Positions 37,578 through 48,576 of a stretch of DNA of 64,000 nt are shown here, in pieces (positions within the stretch are counted from its first letter, which is position 1; each line of letters begins with the position of its first letter). The position numbers were made by a program, and so were the translations under genes. The notes under the pieces are model-generated. The model searched no databases. It saw only the letters and a program-made list of their open reading frames with translations, and had not been told where the DNA came from. The stretch is taken from assembly GCA_043810285.1 (NCBI GenBank), contig JBDROH010000022.1:8484-72483 (forward strand), read 5' to 3'. Origin of the DNA: an archaeon. Lineage in GTDB: Archaea > Nanobdellota > Nanobdellia > Pacearchaeales > GW2011-AR1.

Positions 37578-37648
37578 TGGGCACAGGAGGAATCAAACCC
37601 CCGCCCCCCGGGCTGGAGCCGAGTAGACTATCATTATCCGATGCACCC
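37578..37648 (-). tRNA. tRNA-Trp(CCA), divergent, intronless
   Basis: GGGTGCA/TGTGCCC acceptor, CTCGG-CTCCAGC-CCGGG arm, GGGGG-TTTGATT-CCTCC T-arm. Confidence 0.8.
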
Positions 37649-37809
37649 TAATAACCTAAAATATATTACAACCCTTCACTTTTAAATCTAATTAAATCTC
37701 TGACTGACCAAACAATTTCTATTTGTTACTACGCTTAAGAAACGACAAATAGAAAGATTTATAAACATTTAATTCCTAAGTATTTTATCAAAATATTGGA
37801 GATAATAAA

Positions 37810-38091
37810 ATGGCAATAAAAAATTTAGACAAAATAACCAACCATAACATATGTAGAGAAAAAGGACTTGAAATAATTAGTTGTAACAACCGTAACAGAT
37901 ATCTAAATAAGGATAGTGCTACAAGAGAAGTGGCTGTTGTAAGAATAGAAGGAGATATGGGGATAGCTGAGATGAATCGGAAAGAGTATTTCAATAGCCT
38001 AACAGACCCTATCAAAAAAGATGAATGTATTAGGTGTAAACTTAATCCTCAAAACTATAAAGAAAACTTAGCGTTATATTGTAATAAATAA
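37810..38091 (+). CDS. Hypothetical protein
   Basis: 93-aa Cys-containing ORF with TATA upstream. Confidence 0.5.
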   Translation: MAIKNLDKITNHNICREKGLEIISCNNRNRYLNKDSATREVAVVRIEGDMGIAEMNRKEYFNSLTDPIKKDECIRCKLNPQNYKENLALYCNK

Positions 38092-38101
38092 ACTGCCCTG
38101 T

Positions 38102-38776
38102 TTAAATTAATTTTTTCATTTCTTCAATTTCAACAGAAGAAATCGCCGTGCCCTTAAACTTAACTCCATAAAGTAACGCATCAAGAAAATCTTTACTTTT
38201 TTTAATTGGCATCAATCCTTTTTTATACGCAACAAAAAGAATCTCAGAAGAACGAATAAATTTCAAATCTTTTAATTCATCCAACAACGACAACTCTACC
38301 TTAAGAGAAGTATGTAATTTTCTCTCCATCATCTCCTTTAAATTCTGTGGTGCCTCTGTCAACATCCGCGTAGTTCTCTCATCAATAACAATCACATTAT
38401 CTTCCCCACACAACTTAGAAAATGCAAGACATGATGCCTCACCCTCATGAATAATCTTAATTTTCTCTCCCGTTTGCACCGTCCTTAAAACTCCTCCAGT
38501 AACTTTCAAAATCTTTTTAATTTCTACATCTAACTTTTGGTTCGACACAATCTCCGAAGACATCTTAAAAACACCCCTCTCAATCATATCATTAACCTGA
38601 ATCGCTTCAAGTTTATACTTCTTAATTTTCATAGGCCTATCCACAACTTCTCTCTTCACTTGAAAAGTCAAAATAAACTCTCCATTAAAATCTTCTTTCA
38701 ACTTTTCAATTACATACAACATCCCATTCATCGTCAAAGAGATTATCGGACCAGCGTCGAAGATTAAATATTTCAT
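38102..38776 (-). CDS. PIN-like domain protein
   Basis: FDAGPII, VKRE, HEGEASCL, IDER. Confidence 0.7.
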   Translation of the reverse strand: MKYLIFDAGPIISLTMNGMLYVIEKLKEDFNGEFILTFQVKREVVDRPMKIKKYKLEAIQVNDMIERGVFKMSSEIVSNQKLDVEIKKILKVTGGVLRTVQTGEKIKIIHEGEASCLAFSKLCGEDNVIVIDERTTRMLTEAPQNLKEMMERKLHTSLKVELSLLDELKDLKFIRSSEILFVAYKKGLMPIKKSKDFLDALLYGVKFKGTAISSVEIEEMKKLI

Positions 38777-39333
38777 CCAAAAATATCCTCCGCAATTTTA
38801 ATTCTCTTAGCAACTGGCATACTAATCGCAACTTTTGCATCACCTATCGACGATTGTCCAATATAACTCGCCATATCCCAAAGACTAACTCCTAGAAGTT
38901 CCGCAGTCTGTTCCGACGACAAACCGTGCTCATAAAGTTTAAACGCCTTATTAATTTCTGCCTTCCTAAAAATATCCTTAATATACTGACCTAAATTACC
39001 TGAAATTTTATTCAAAGAATTTCTAATTTTCCCAAGATAAATTCGTGTTTTATCAATATCATTTTTTTCAAGTTCCTGAATTGCCGAAGCAAAATCCTTG
39101 GTCATAGCATCATAAAATTCCGACCAACCTTCCATATCCCTATAATGCTCCCTCTCGAGAATCTTACTCAAGGAATAAACAAAAACAGCTACAATAATAT
39201 TATCCGCATCTTGAGAAATCGTAGCGGAGTGGATTGTTTGGTCTGAAAGAAGTTTTATTCCACGAGAATTATCCTCCTCAATAAATCTCTTAGTTTCCTT
39301 CAGAATCCTTAAAACATTTTCAACCTCTTTCAT
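38773..39333 (-). CDS. Hypothetical protein with C-terminal HTH
   Basis: LYEHGLSSEQTAELLGVSLWD; overlaps the PIN-like gene by 4 nt. Confidence 0.65.
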   Translation of the reverse strand: MKEVENVLRILKETKRFIEEDNSRGIKLLSDQTIHSATISQDADNIIVAVFVYSLSKILEREHYRDMEGWSEFYDAMTKDFASAIQELEKNDIDKTRIYLGKIRNSLNKISGNLGQYIKDIFRKAEINKAFKLYEHGLSSEQTAELLGVSLWDMASYIGQSSIGDAKVAISMPVAKRIKIAEDIFG

Positions 39334-39383
39334 AAGTTTATTAAGAAGAGAAGTTATATAAATCTTCTCAGGCTATCTAAGAT

Positions 39384-39767
39384 ATGAAAATATTACTAGA
39401 CACAAATTTCGTTCTGACCTGTGTAAAACAAAAAATAGATTTTTACAGTATTACAAATGACTTTTCTGAAGAATCAATAGAATGGATTGTCCCTCAAGAA
39501 GTGTTAGAGGAATTAAAAAATCTAAAAGATAAAAAAAACATTAAAGTTAAAGAGAAGAATGCGGCCAAATTAAGCTTAGAAATCTTAAAAACAATCAAAC
39601 CTCAAGTTATAAAACTCAGAGGGAGAAACCCTAATGTAGACATCAAAATAGTAAATTATCTCTTGGGAACTAAAATTGTTTTAGCAACACTAGATAAGGA
39701 TTTGAAAAAAAGAGTAGCCAATAAAATTCTAACGATTAGAAACAAAAAGAATTTAGAAATTATTTAA
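39384..39767 (+). CDS. PIN-domain protein (Fcf1-like)
   Basis: LLDTNF, VLEEL, ATLDKDLK. Confidence 0.85.
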   Translation: MKILLDTNFVLTCVKQKIDFYSITNDFSEESIEWIVPQEVLEELKNLKDKKNIKVKEKNAAKLSLEILKTIKPQVIKLRGRNPNVDIKIVNYLLGTKIVLATLDKDLKKRVANKILTIRNKKNLEII

Positions 39768-40991
39768 TCTAGCACTAATGCCCATTTCCTTCTCAACTTT
39801 CTTAACTAATCTAAAAATATCTTGGATACTAGTTTCTTTTTTAACCCACCAATAACCATTTTTCTTAAAAGAATTTTTGCCATTTGCCTTTCTAAAATTT
39901 TTAACGATATTGACTAATCCAACTGAAGGACCTCTAATCTCAATCTCCTTTTTCTCCTCTACCACTACATACCCTTTCGCTTTATCACCCTCTCCAAGAT
40001 AGTCAAACTCTTTCACTAAAACTTTCTGTTGTCTTCTTCCAAGTTCACTAACAAAAAAATCCAAGAACTTCTTCATTTTTGTTCCAGCAATATCTCCTTC
40101 TTGTCTATTCGTTTTTAAATTAATTTCTAAAAATGTTACTTTTTTCTTATCTGCAAACCTTTTCAAACCCCTAATATCAATCGACTGCCATTCAAAAAAA
40201 TTTAACGATGGAGATTTTAAAAATTTCTTAGCAACAATATTAAATTTCTCGAACGTTTCCTCACCAAGTCCTGCAGTCACATTTCTATACCTATATGTTG
40301 GGTCAATTAAAATAACTGGTCCAGTCAATTTGGAGGTATTTAACTCATTCAGAACTTCTCGTTCATTCTTAAAATACTTTAATGGATCAATAACTCTCTT
40401 TCTAGAAATTCCTTTCAGAAACTTAACAAAACTTCCAAAATAAATTACTAAAACTTCTAAAGAGTAACCGCTAAAACCTCGAACATAACCTTCCGCTCCA
40501 TAACATCGATTTGCCCAGCAAAACGCTTTAGCTAATTTAATCTCATCACTAATCTTGGGGTTCTTTTTTACAATCTCTCCTATATATTTAACATGACTCA
40601 AGGAAACATCTGTTACATTTTCTGCTAATTCAGGATTCTTATTTTTCATAACTGGAACTAATTCCAATAAAATATTTTCACAAATAATTTGAAAATAATC
40701 TCGCGACCCGTGAACTTTTTTCAACTGTCCAGGCAGTTTAATCATCTTCAAAACTTTTTCAAATCTTCGGATACCTTCATTAGAATCAAACACTACAAAA
40801 ATGTCTATATCTTGTTTTCCTGGTTTTTTAATCACAGTTCCCTTAGCTAAGCTACCTCCAACATAAGCTTTAATTTTTTTAGAAGCAAGTTGTTTGATAA
40901 ATTCTTTAGCAATTCTCTGCAAATCCAAAACCTCCTTCTGAGAAAGTGAAATCGCTACAAGTTCTTTTTCCAAAATAATTTTTATACCCAT
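39753..40991 (-). CDS. cca: CCA-adding enzyme, archaeal class I
   Basis: GGSLAKGT..DIDIF, YGAEGYVRGFSGYSLE, IDPT..RNV. Confidence 0.88.
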   Translation of the reverse strand: MGIKIILEKELVAISLSQKEVLDLQRIAKEFIKQLASKKIKAYVGGSLAKGTVIKKPGKQDIDIFVVFDSNEGIRRFEKVLKMIKLPGQLKKVHGSRDYFQIICENILLELVPVMKNKNPELAENVTDVSLSHVKYIGEIVKKNPKISDEIKLAKAFCWANRCYGAEGYVRGFSGYSLEVLVIYFGSFVKFLKGISRKRVIDPLKYFKNEREVLNELNTSKLTGPVILIDPTYRYRNVTAGLGEETFEKFNIVAKKFLKSPSLNFFEWQSIDIRGLKRFADKKKVTFLEINLKTNRQEGDIAGTKMKKFLDFFVSELGRRQQKVLVKEFDYLGEGDKAKGYVVVEEKKEIEIRGPSVGLVNIVKNFRKANGKNSFKKNGYWWVKKETSIQDIFRLVKKVEKEMGISARLNNF

Positions 40992-41036
40992 ATCCTAAAC
41001 AATGAAAATTAGTTTATTAAAGTTTACAATCTCTCA

Positions 41037-41405
41037 TTACATCCGCTCAATATCTATCAAATACTTTCCCTCTTGTAACTTAAAAATAATCGGCTTTCTA
41101 TTCATCAATGAAACAATATCAATCTCGAATTGTCCAGGTTTAAGAACTCGAATACTTTCTAAATCTAAAATCACTGGCTTCGACTCATCCTCAATATCTA
41201 AAATAGCCCTCACATCTGACTCTATCTGTTTCTTATCTACAGTATCAAATTCAGGAATTAGAATCTCCTTTGAAGCGTTTATCTGTGCCACTTGTTCCTC
41301 ACGAATATAGAAAAAAAAATTCCCATTACAACTATTACACCCTTCAAGAATCTCTCGACTCCCAACTTTAATTATTTTTCCGCAGTGTACACATTGGTGT
41401 GGCAT
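41037..41405 (-). CDS. Zn-ribbon protein DUF2072 (OapC-like)
   Basis: MPHQCVHCG...GCNSC, ESIRVLKPGQFEID. Confidence 0.8.
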   Translation of the reverse strand: MPHQCVHCGKIIKVGSREILEGCNSCNGNFFFYIREEQVAQINASKEILIPEFDTVDKKQIESDVRAILDIEDESKPVILDLESIRVLKPGQFEIDIVSLMNRKPIIFKLQEGKYLIDIERM

Positions 41406-41471
41406 TTTATTTTTTATTGTATTCCTCCAATACACTTAATTGAAACCATAAGAAATTAATAAATGTTTAGG

Positions 41472-41765
41472 TTACTTTCTCTTAACCTTAACGCCACGCG
41501 TCTTATGCCGAGCAATCATAATAAACACGAAAAGAGAAACTAAAAACACAACACCAAATTTAGACCAAGAACTCACAACCAATTTGTTAATTTGAAAATA
41601 ATTGGCAGCAAACACATTACTCCCTACCAACAAAATTAAAGAAACCCATCCTTTCCAATTAATGGGTACCCAACCCCACTCAGCACTTTTAGATTCAATA
41701 ACTTTCCTAAACCACATACCTTCTTTTTTCTTAATTTTCCTATTCACCATATTACTCTTAATCAT
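41472..41765 (-). CDS. Small membrane protein
   Basis: WF...GWVPINWKGW followed by two TM segments. Confidence 0.65.
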   Translation of the reverse strand: MIKSNMVNRKIKKKEGMWFRKVIESKSAEWGWVPINWKGWVSLILLVGSNVFAANYFQINKLVVSSWSKFGVVFLVSLFVFIMIARHKTRGVKVKRK

Positions 41766-41821
41766 TAACCTCTAATAAATTAAATCAACAACCTTTATAA
41801 AATTTCCTAATAATCAATTAT

Positions 41822-42607
41822 ATGGAAAAAATCCCCCAAGATATAATTGGTGACATCGCACTCTTGAAATTTCCAAGACGAACACCTTGGTTAATAAAAA
41901 AACTAAAAGCAAGAAAATTTTTAATAGAACATAAAACTCTAAAAACTGTCCTAGAAAAAACCGAGGGATTCTCTGGAGAACTTCGAACATTAAAAACAAA
42001 ACATCTCGCTGGCATCAAAACAAAAGAAGCTACTTATAAAGAAAATGACTGTATATTCAAGTATAACGTAGATGAATCTTACTTTTCACCGAGACTATCA
42101 AATGAAAGAAAAGTAATAGCTGACGAAGTAGTTAAGATATCTAAAAAGAAAGGAACAAAAATTCTCGTAATGTTCGCAGGCATTTCTCCTTACCCTATTG
42201 TCATAGCCAAAAAGCTAAAACAATCAGGAAAACAAATAACAATAATTTCTAATGAATTAAACAAAAAAGCAAATATTGCAGGAAGGAAAAATATTGTCCT
42301 AAACAAACTACAAAATATAATAACGCTTATAGAAGGGGATGCAAAAAAACTCTCAACAAAATTAAAAGAAAAATTTGACATTATTCTAATGCCACGACCA
42401 AATCTAGAAGATACTTTTCTAGAAACTGCACTTAAACTTTCAAAAAAAGGAACGATAATTTTCTACCACGGCTTCGGAACAAAAGAAGAAGTCCTTAATG
42501 AAATAGAAAAAAATACTAGAAATAAAATAGAAAAAATTTCAATAAGAAAAGCCGGCGACATTGGACCTTACAAGTACCGTTGGCAAGCAAGATTTAAAGT
42601 TAAATAG
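41822..42607 (+). CDS. Trm5/Taw2-like SAM-dependent tRNA methyltransferase
   Basis: DIIGDIA, YFSPRLSNER, MFAGISPY, NELN, ILMP. Confidence 0.85.
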   Translation: MEKIPQDIIGDIALLKFPRRTPWLIKKLKARKFLIEHKTLKTVLEKTEGFSGELRTLKTKHLAGIKTKEATYKENDCIFKYNVDESYFSPRLSNERKVIADEVVKISKKKGTKILVMFAGISPYPIVIAKKLKQSGKQITIISNELNKKANIAGRKNIVLNKLQNIITLIEGDAKKLSTKLKEKFDIILMPRPNLEDTFLETALKLSKKGTIIFYHGFGTKEEVLNEIEKNTRNKIEKISIRKAGDIGPYKYRWQARFKVK

Positions 42608-42657
42608 AAACAGGTAAAACTATAAATTTCCCAACAGCAACTTTTTTCACAAAAATA

Positions 42658-43278
42658 TTAATTTAAATTTTCCTTCATTAAAAATCTTCTATAAGTTTCT
42701 GGAGTATTATCTTTTTTTAGTTGTTCCAAATGAGGTTCAAATGAATAATATTTAAAAACTTTTGAAAGGCCCTCTGGAGAAACAACACCCAAACTTTTAA
42801 GGGGATATTCAAAAGGATCAAGTTGATAAGCATCAATCCGCGTCTCATAAAGTTTATACCTATCATTAAACCTATCCACAAATTTTCCTTCCTTAAATTT
42901 CGTTTTATTTAGAACCACGTATTCTGCAAAGTGAAGTTTATAATCAATAAATAACTCAACAGCAAAATGAACCTCGGAATACTTCTTATAAGGTTGCTTC
43001 AATTCTTCTATCACTAAAGTTACATCAAAACCATTTTTCTTTAAAATTTCTACTAAAAGAAAAGTATAATCTGCACACGGATTCATATAACAAGTATGCC
43101 TATCTTTCAAAATCTCCGCAACAGTTCTTCTTCCAAATTTTTCTTCAAGTTGCTTATTAGTCCATTTCCTTTTTTCAATATTCCCTCTTACCCAATTCAT
43201 AGACTTTAATACTGTTTCTTTTTGGCTTCCAATAAAACTAGGCAACTCTAACTTTTTTTCAAGTACAATAGACTTCAT
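42658..43278 (-). CDS. Hypothetical protein, possible transglutaminase-like fold
   Basis: PCADY..., HFAVE. Confidence 0.55.
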   Translation of the reverse strand: MKSIVLEKKLELPSFIGSQKETVLKSMNWVRGNIEKRKWTNKQLEEKFGRRTVAEILKDRHTCYMNPCADYTFLLVEILKKNGFDVTLVIEELKQPYKKYSEVHFAVELFIDYKLHFAEYVVLNKTKFKEGKFVDRFNDRYKLYETRIDAYQLDPFEYPLKSLGVVSPEGLSKVFKYYSFEPHLEQLKKDNTPETYRRFLMKENLN

Positions 43279-43477
43279 AAGATTCTCCTAAGTTTGTTCC
43301 TTGACAGAACTCTATACAAAATTTAAGAGCAAATATCTTATTTAAATCCTTCTAATAACTACTTTTTCGGGACTAAACTAAGGATAACATTTGTGTATAA
43401 TAAATACTTCACAATAAGCTATAAGTCTAACCTTAGTTAAACAATAACCTTAAAACCCTAATCTTCCCAAAATAAAT

Positions 43478-44212
43478 ATGACATTTTACTTGATAGGAAT
43501 AGGTCTAAATAAAAATTCAATCTCGGCTGAGGCTTTAGAAATTCTAAAAACTTGTGACAAAAGATACTTAGAAAACTACACTGTAAACTTCCCATACAGT
43601 CTAAAAGAATTAGAAGAAGCAATGGGGTTAAAACTTATTGAATTGAAAAGGGAAGTAATAGAAAACGAAACGATTATTAAAGAAGCAAAAGACAAAAACA
43701 TAGCCTTATTGATATATGGAGATTCGCTATCTGCAACAACCCACATTCAATTAATTCTCGAATGTAAAAAACAGGAAATTAAATCACAAATTTTTCATAA
43801 CACTTCAATCATAACAGCTATCGCAGAAACTGGACTTCAACTTTACAAATTTGGAAAAACCGCTTCAATGCCCAACTGGAAAGAACATACAAATAAACCA
43901 ACTTCTTTTATGAATTACATTAAGGAAAATCAATCAATAAAAGCACACACCTTAATATTAACAGATATAGGACTTGAAATAGTAAACGCAGTTAATCAAT
44001 TAAAAGAAGCTTCAGAAAAAGAAAATATAAAATTTCCAGAAAAAATCATTGCTTGCTCAAACATGGGAACCCAAAATCAAAAAATATTCTACGACACTCC
44101 AGACAACCTAGAAAAAATAGAAATAAAAATGCCGTTTTGTCTAATCATTCCGAGTGAAATGCATTTTCTCGAAGAAGAGGCTTTAGAAAATTTAAAAGAT
44201 AAACTTAAATAA
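43478..44212 (+). CDS. dph5: Diphthine synthase
   Basis: LIGIGL, ENYT, GDSLSATTH, GLQLYKFGKTAS, HTLILTDI. Confidence 0.92.
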   Translation: MTFYLIGIGLNKNSISAEALEILKTCDKRYLENYTVNFPYSLKELEEAMGLKLIELKREVIENETIIKEAKDKNIALLIYGDSLSATTHIQLILECKKQEIKSQIFHNTSIITAIAETGLQLYKFGKTASMPNWKEHTNKPTSFMNYIKENQSIKAHTLILTDIGLEIVNAVNQLKEASEKENIKFPEKIIACSNMGTQNQKIFYDTPDNLEKIEIKMPFCLIIPSEMHFLEEEALENLKDKLK

Positions 44213-44232
44213 TTCAATCATAACAAACTAAT

Positions 44233-47025
44233 ATGGCAAAAGAATTCAGTGAAGAAGAAATTTTGAAGTTTTGGGAAAAGAAAGAAATCTATCAAAAATC
44301 TAAAAAGAAAAATGTGAACGGAGAAAAGTTCTATATGATGGATGGACCTCCATACGCAACAGGACACATTCATATGGGTACAGCCCTAAATAAAATTTCT
44401 AAAGATATCGCCATGCGAGCACAAAGACTCCAAGGAAAAAATGTATTTGATAGATGTGGATATGATACACATGGAGTCCCAATAGAATTTAAAGTGGAAA
44501 AAGAAATAGGGGCAAAAACTAAACAAGATATTGAAAAATTTGGAGTAAAAAAATTTGTAGAAAAATGCAAAGAATATGCAACTAAGTTTATAGGAATAAT
44601 GGGACCCGAATTTAGAAACTTAGGAGTTTGGATGGACTTCGATAATCCATATCTTACACTAGACACTGAATACATAGAAACAATTTGGGACACTTTCAAA
44701 ATTGCCGATGAGAAAAATCTCCTTTATTTAGGAAAATACCCTGTACATAATTGTCCTCGTTGTGCAACCGCAGTTTCCTTCAACGAAATTGAATATGCAA
44801 AACAAACAGACACCTCCATCTTCGTAAAATTTCCATTAAAAGATAAAAAAAATACTTACCTAATTATTTGGACCACAACACCTTGGACCCTCCCAGGGAA
44901 TACAGGAGTTATGGTAAACCCTGATATAGATTACCAACAAATAGAATTATCCTCGGGGGAAAATTGGATTATGGCTAAAGACCTTGTTCCAGAAATAATG
45001 GCAAAATTAGAAATGGGTTTCACACCTAAGGGGGAATTCAAGGGAAACAAAATGGTTGGATGGACTTACGAAAATGCACTATCAAAACATTTGAAATTAA
45101 AACTAAAAGATGCATATAGAGTCATTCCCTCATCAAGATATGTAACAATCGAAGAAGGAACCGGCCTTGTACATTGTGCACCTGGTCACGGAAAAGAAGA
45201 TTATGAAGTTGGAATTAAAGCAGGCATTGATGCTCCCTGCCCAGTAGACCTTAATGGATTGTTAACAGAAGAAGCAGGGAAATATGCTGGCAAAAAAGCA
45301 AGAGTTGTCGATGCAGAAATAATCGAAGACCTTGAAAAAGAAAAAGCTCTCGTCTATAAATTCCCCTACACTCATGATTATCCACTATGTTGGAGATGCA
45401 AATCCCCCCTTCTAATGATTTCACAACCACAATGGTTCCTAAAAATTTCAAGCATACAAAAACAAATTCTCAAGGAAAACGAAAAAACTAACTGGTCTCC
45501 AAAATGGATGCAACTAAGAATGAAAGCTTGGTTAGAAGGAATTTCTGACTGGCCAATCTCAAGAAAAAGATACTGGGGAACACCATTACCAATTTGGACC
45601 TGTAACAAATGTGAGGAAAGAAAAGTAGTTGGTTCATTAAAGGAATTAGAAAAAATTTCCGGAGAAAAAATTAAAGGAATTCACAAACCAGAAATAGACG
45701 CGGTGAAAATAAAATGCTCTTGTGGGGGGGAAATGTCAAGGGTCAATGAAGTCTTAGACGTTTGGTTTGACTCAGGAGTTTCAAGTTGGGCAGCACTAAA
45801 TTATATGAAAGACCAAACACAATTCAAAAAATTCTGGCCAGCAAACTTGAATCTCGAAGGAAAAGACCAAATTCGGGGTTGGTGGAACTCCCAATTTATT
45901 TTATCGCACATAAAATTCGATAAAAAACCATTTGAAAATATCTTAGTTCATGGAATGGTTTTAGATTTAAATAAAAAAAAGATGTCTAAATCAGACGGAA
46001 ATGCTATTACTCCTACAGATATTATCAAACAATATAATCGAGATTTTTTAAGATACTACTTCGCGAAAATTTCTAAGGGAGAGGACTTCTCCTTCCAAGA
46101 AAGAGAATTTAAAGACATAAGAAAAGTATTCACAATGATTCCAAATATAACGAATTTTGTAAGCCAATTAGACGGATCAAAAAACAAACAAACCCTCGAA
46201 GACAAATGGATTTCATCCAGATTCAATAGAACAATCGAAGAAGTGACTACCGCCTACGATAATTTTAATTTTCCAGAAGTCACAAAGCTTCTAGAAGATT
46301 TTCTCATAAATGACCTATCAAGAACTTATATTAAGATAATCCGAGAGAGAGCAAATGAAACAAAAGAGTTACTTGAAGAAATTTTAATTGGAGTTATAAA
46401 ACTTTTCGCACCAATAGCCCCATTTATAACTGAGAAAATCTGGCAAAATCTTTTAGAAAAAAAGGAAGTAAGTGAAGAATCCATTCATTTATCTCTCCTT
46501 CCCAAGGTTAACAAAAATAAAGTGAATAATGAGTTAGAAGAAGAATTTAGCACAACATTTAGACTAATAGAAGAAGGTTTAGCAAAGAGAAACCAAGCAC
46601 AAATAGGATTAAAATGGCCCCTTGCAAAAGCAACAATTAAATCTCCAAAAAAACTTAATAAAGAATTGGATATCATTATCAAGAATCAATTAAATATAAA
46701 AGAACTAATTTACAAAACCAGTAATACTTTAGAAATAATCCTAGACACAAAACTTACACCAGAATTAGAAGCTGAAGGTTTTGCTAGAGAGATAGCAAGA
46801 AAAATTCAAGCAGCGAGGAAAAAAGCAGAATTAGTAACGACAGATATAATTGAATTAGAAATATTTTCAGAATTCAAGGATAAGTTAAAGACACATCAAG
46901 ACTTTATAAAAGAGAGAGTTGGAGCAAAAAATATTTCATTTAACAAATCTGGAAAAAAATTTAGTTACTCTGAAGAGGGTAAAATCAAAGAGAAAACATT
47001 CATAATCCAATTTAATAGAATTTAA
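44233..47025 (+). CDS. ileS: Isoleucine-tRNA ligase
   Basis: DGPPYATGHIHMG, WTTTPWT, GTGLVHCAPGHG, DQIRGW, KMSKS. Confidence 0.95.
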   Translation: MAKEFSEEEILKFWEKKEIYQKSKKKNVNGEKFYMMDGPPYATGHIHMGTALNKISKDIAMRAQRLQGKNVFDRCGYDTHGVPIEFKVEKEIGAKTKQDIEKFGVKKFVEKCKEYATKFIGIMGPEFRNLGVWMDFDNPYLTLDTEYIETIWDTFKIADEKNLLYLGKYPVHNCPRCATAVSFNEIEYAKQTDTSIFVKFPLKDKKNTYLIIWTTTPWTLPGNTGVMVNPDIDYQQIELSSGENWIMAKDLVPEIMAKLEMGFTPKGEFKGNKMVGWTYENALSKHLKLKLKDAYRVIPSSRYVTIEEGTGLVHCAPGHGKEDYEVGIKAGIDAPCPVDLNGLLTEEAGKYAGKKARVVDAEIIEDLEKEKALVYKFPYTHDYPLCWRCKSPLLMISQPQWFLKISSIQKQILKENEKTNWSPKWMQLRMKAWLEGISDWPISRKRYWGTPLPIWTCNKCEERKVVGSLKELEKISGEKIKGIHKPEIDAVKIKCSCGGEMSRVNEVLDVWFDSGVSSWAALNYMKDQTQFKKFWPANLNLEGKDQIRGWWNSQFILSHIKFDKKPFENILVHGMVLDLNKKKMSKSDGNAITPTDIIKQYNRDFLRYYFAKISKGEDFSFQEREFKDIRKVFTMIPNITNFVSQLDGSKNKQTLEDKWISSRFNRTIEEVTTAYDNFNFPEVTKLLEDFLINDLSRTYIKIIRERANETKELLEEILIGVIKLFAPIAPFITEKIWQNLLEKKEVSEESIHLSLLPKVNKNKVNNELEEEFSTTFRLIEEGLAKRNQAQIGLKWPLAKATIKSPKKLNKELDIIIKNQLNIKELIYKTSNTLEIILDTKLTPELEAEGFAREIARKIQAARKKAELVTTDIIELEIFSEFKDKLKTHQDFIKERVGAKNISFNKSGKKFSYSEEGKIKEKTFIIQFNRI

Positions 47026-47111
47026 TTAGCGTCGATAAAATTGCTTTTTCACCCCTCTAGTCCGAGACAATTCAAAGAAACATTTAAATACTATTCTACA
47101 TTAAAACAATT

Positions 47112-47918
47112 ATGATTGTCAAGGAAGAATTTTTAAGCAGGCTGAGAAAAATATTTGATCTTAATTTATATGAAGTAAAAGTTTGGACAGCACTTCTATC
47201 TCGAGGAACTTCCACTGCAGGAGAGCTCTCTTCAATTTCTGATGTACCCCGTTCTAGAACATATGATATCCTCGAATCCCTTGAAAAGAAAGGATTTATT
47301 GTAATGAAACTTGGTAAACCAATCAAATTCGTTGCACTAAAACCTGAAGAAGTAATTGAACGAGTAAAAAAGAACCTCGTGGTTACTGCAAGAGAAAAAT
47401 CACAAAGATTAGAAAAACTAAAAAGTGAAGATATTCTTGAGGAACTAACAGGTATATTTTCTGAGGGTATTAAATATGTTGAATCAACAGACTTATCTGG
47501 AGCCTTAAAAGGAAGACAAAATATTTACAATCATCTTGATATGTTGATAAGAGAAGCACAAAAGACTATTATACTTGTAACAACTGCAGATGGTTTAAGC
47601 AGAAAGTTAGAAATTCTTTTACCAAGTTTAGAAAAAGCAAAAAAACGAGGAGTTACAATAAGAATCTCCGCACCGATAAATGCGGAAAATAAACAAGTTG
47701 CAAAAGATTTTTCAAAAGTTGCCGAAGTTAAGGATATGGGAGCTCTTCGAGCAAGATTTATGGTAATTGATGGTGAGCAATTAATGTTTATGCTTCTAAA
47801 TGATGAAGAGGTTCATCCAAATTATGATGTTGGAGTTTGGCTAAACACAGAATTCTTCGCTCAAGCCTTGGAACAATTATTTGAAATAGCTTGGAACAAT
47901 TTTAAAGCGATTAAATAA
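47112..47918 (+). CDS. TrmB-family transcriptional regulator
   Basis: LNLYEVKVW, VPRSRTYDILESLEKKG. Confidence 0.9.
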   Translation: MIVKEEFLSRLRKIFDLNLYEVKVWTALLSRGTSTAGELSSISDVPRSRTYDILESLEKKGFIVMKLGKPIKFVALKPEEVIERVKKNLVVTAREKSQRLEKLKSEDILEELTGIFSEGIKYVESTDLSGALKGRQNIYNHLDMLIREAQKTIILVTTADGLSRKLEILLPSLEKAKKRGVTIRISAPINAENKQVAKDFSKVAEVKDMGALRARFMVIDGEQLMFMLLNDEEVHPNYDVGVWLNTEFFAQALEQLFEIAWNNFKAIK

Positions 47919-47933
47919 TTCTAAATTGGCTCA

Positions 47934-48500
47934 TTAAGAAAAACCTTCAATCAACTTAGCTTCCCTAAACAAACCAAGTGCCTTATATGTCGAGAGCAAT
48001 TTCTGTTTTATCTCTGATTTCTCAACTTCCTCTAAATCCATCTTAATCAATCGCTCATAAAATTTCGCCGCATGTGCTTTCTTTCCCTTACGTTCCAATT
48101 CATGTGCAGAGATAAGATAAACATTTTTTCGAGCCAACTTTACCTTCATTCTCTGCTCAACATTCGCATCACGTCCTGCCCGAACAAACATATCATCAGC
48201 GTCGTCAACTTTGCCAACCCTCGAAAACAACTCCGCCGCAGTTATATAACTATCAATCTTATCTCTAAACGAAATCTCCATCCCAGCTTTATTCGCCATC
48301 GCTTTCGCTGACTTTTCAAACATTCCTCGCTCTTCATACAACCCCGCTAACTCCTTCCATAAAAATCGCTTAATCTCAAAACTAAAACTCGTAGCCTTCA
48401 ACACCGACTCCAAATAATTAATCTTATTCAACGCCGTGTCCATCTCCGCCAACCTACCTTCAATCTCCTCAACCGTCCTCTCACGCACTTGAATTACCAT
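47934..48500 (-). CDS. Helical-repeat (TPR/SNAP-like) hypothetical protein
   Basis: Repeated amphipathic helices. Confidence 0.6.
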   Translation of the reverse strand: MVIQVRERTVEEIEGRLAEMDTALNKINYLESVLKATSFSFEIKRFLWKELAGLYEERGMFEKSAKAMANKAGMEISFRDKIDSYITAAELFSRVGKVDDADDMFVRAGRDANVEQRMKVKLARKNVYLISAHELERKGKKAHAAKFYERLIKMDLEEVEKSEIKQKLLSTYKALGLFREAKLIEGFS

Positions 48501-48576
48501 AAGAGGAAAAACTATAAGGAGTTTTTAAGAATTTATGTGTTTCATTTAACCCAAATAACTAATAAAAAAGTCTTAA

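Noticed and set aside
37470..37685. 71-aa ORF
   Set aside because: It is antisense to tRNA-Trp and its repeat.
38102..39333. PIN-like + HTH pair as a mobile toxin-antitoxin module
   Set aside because: It sits among housekeeping genes with no mobility signs and both proteins are large for VapBC; function left open.
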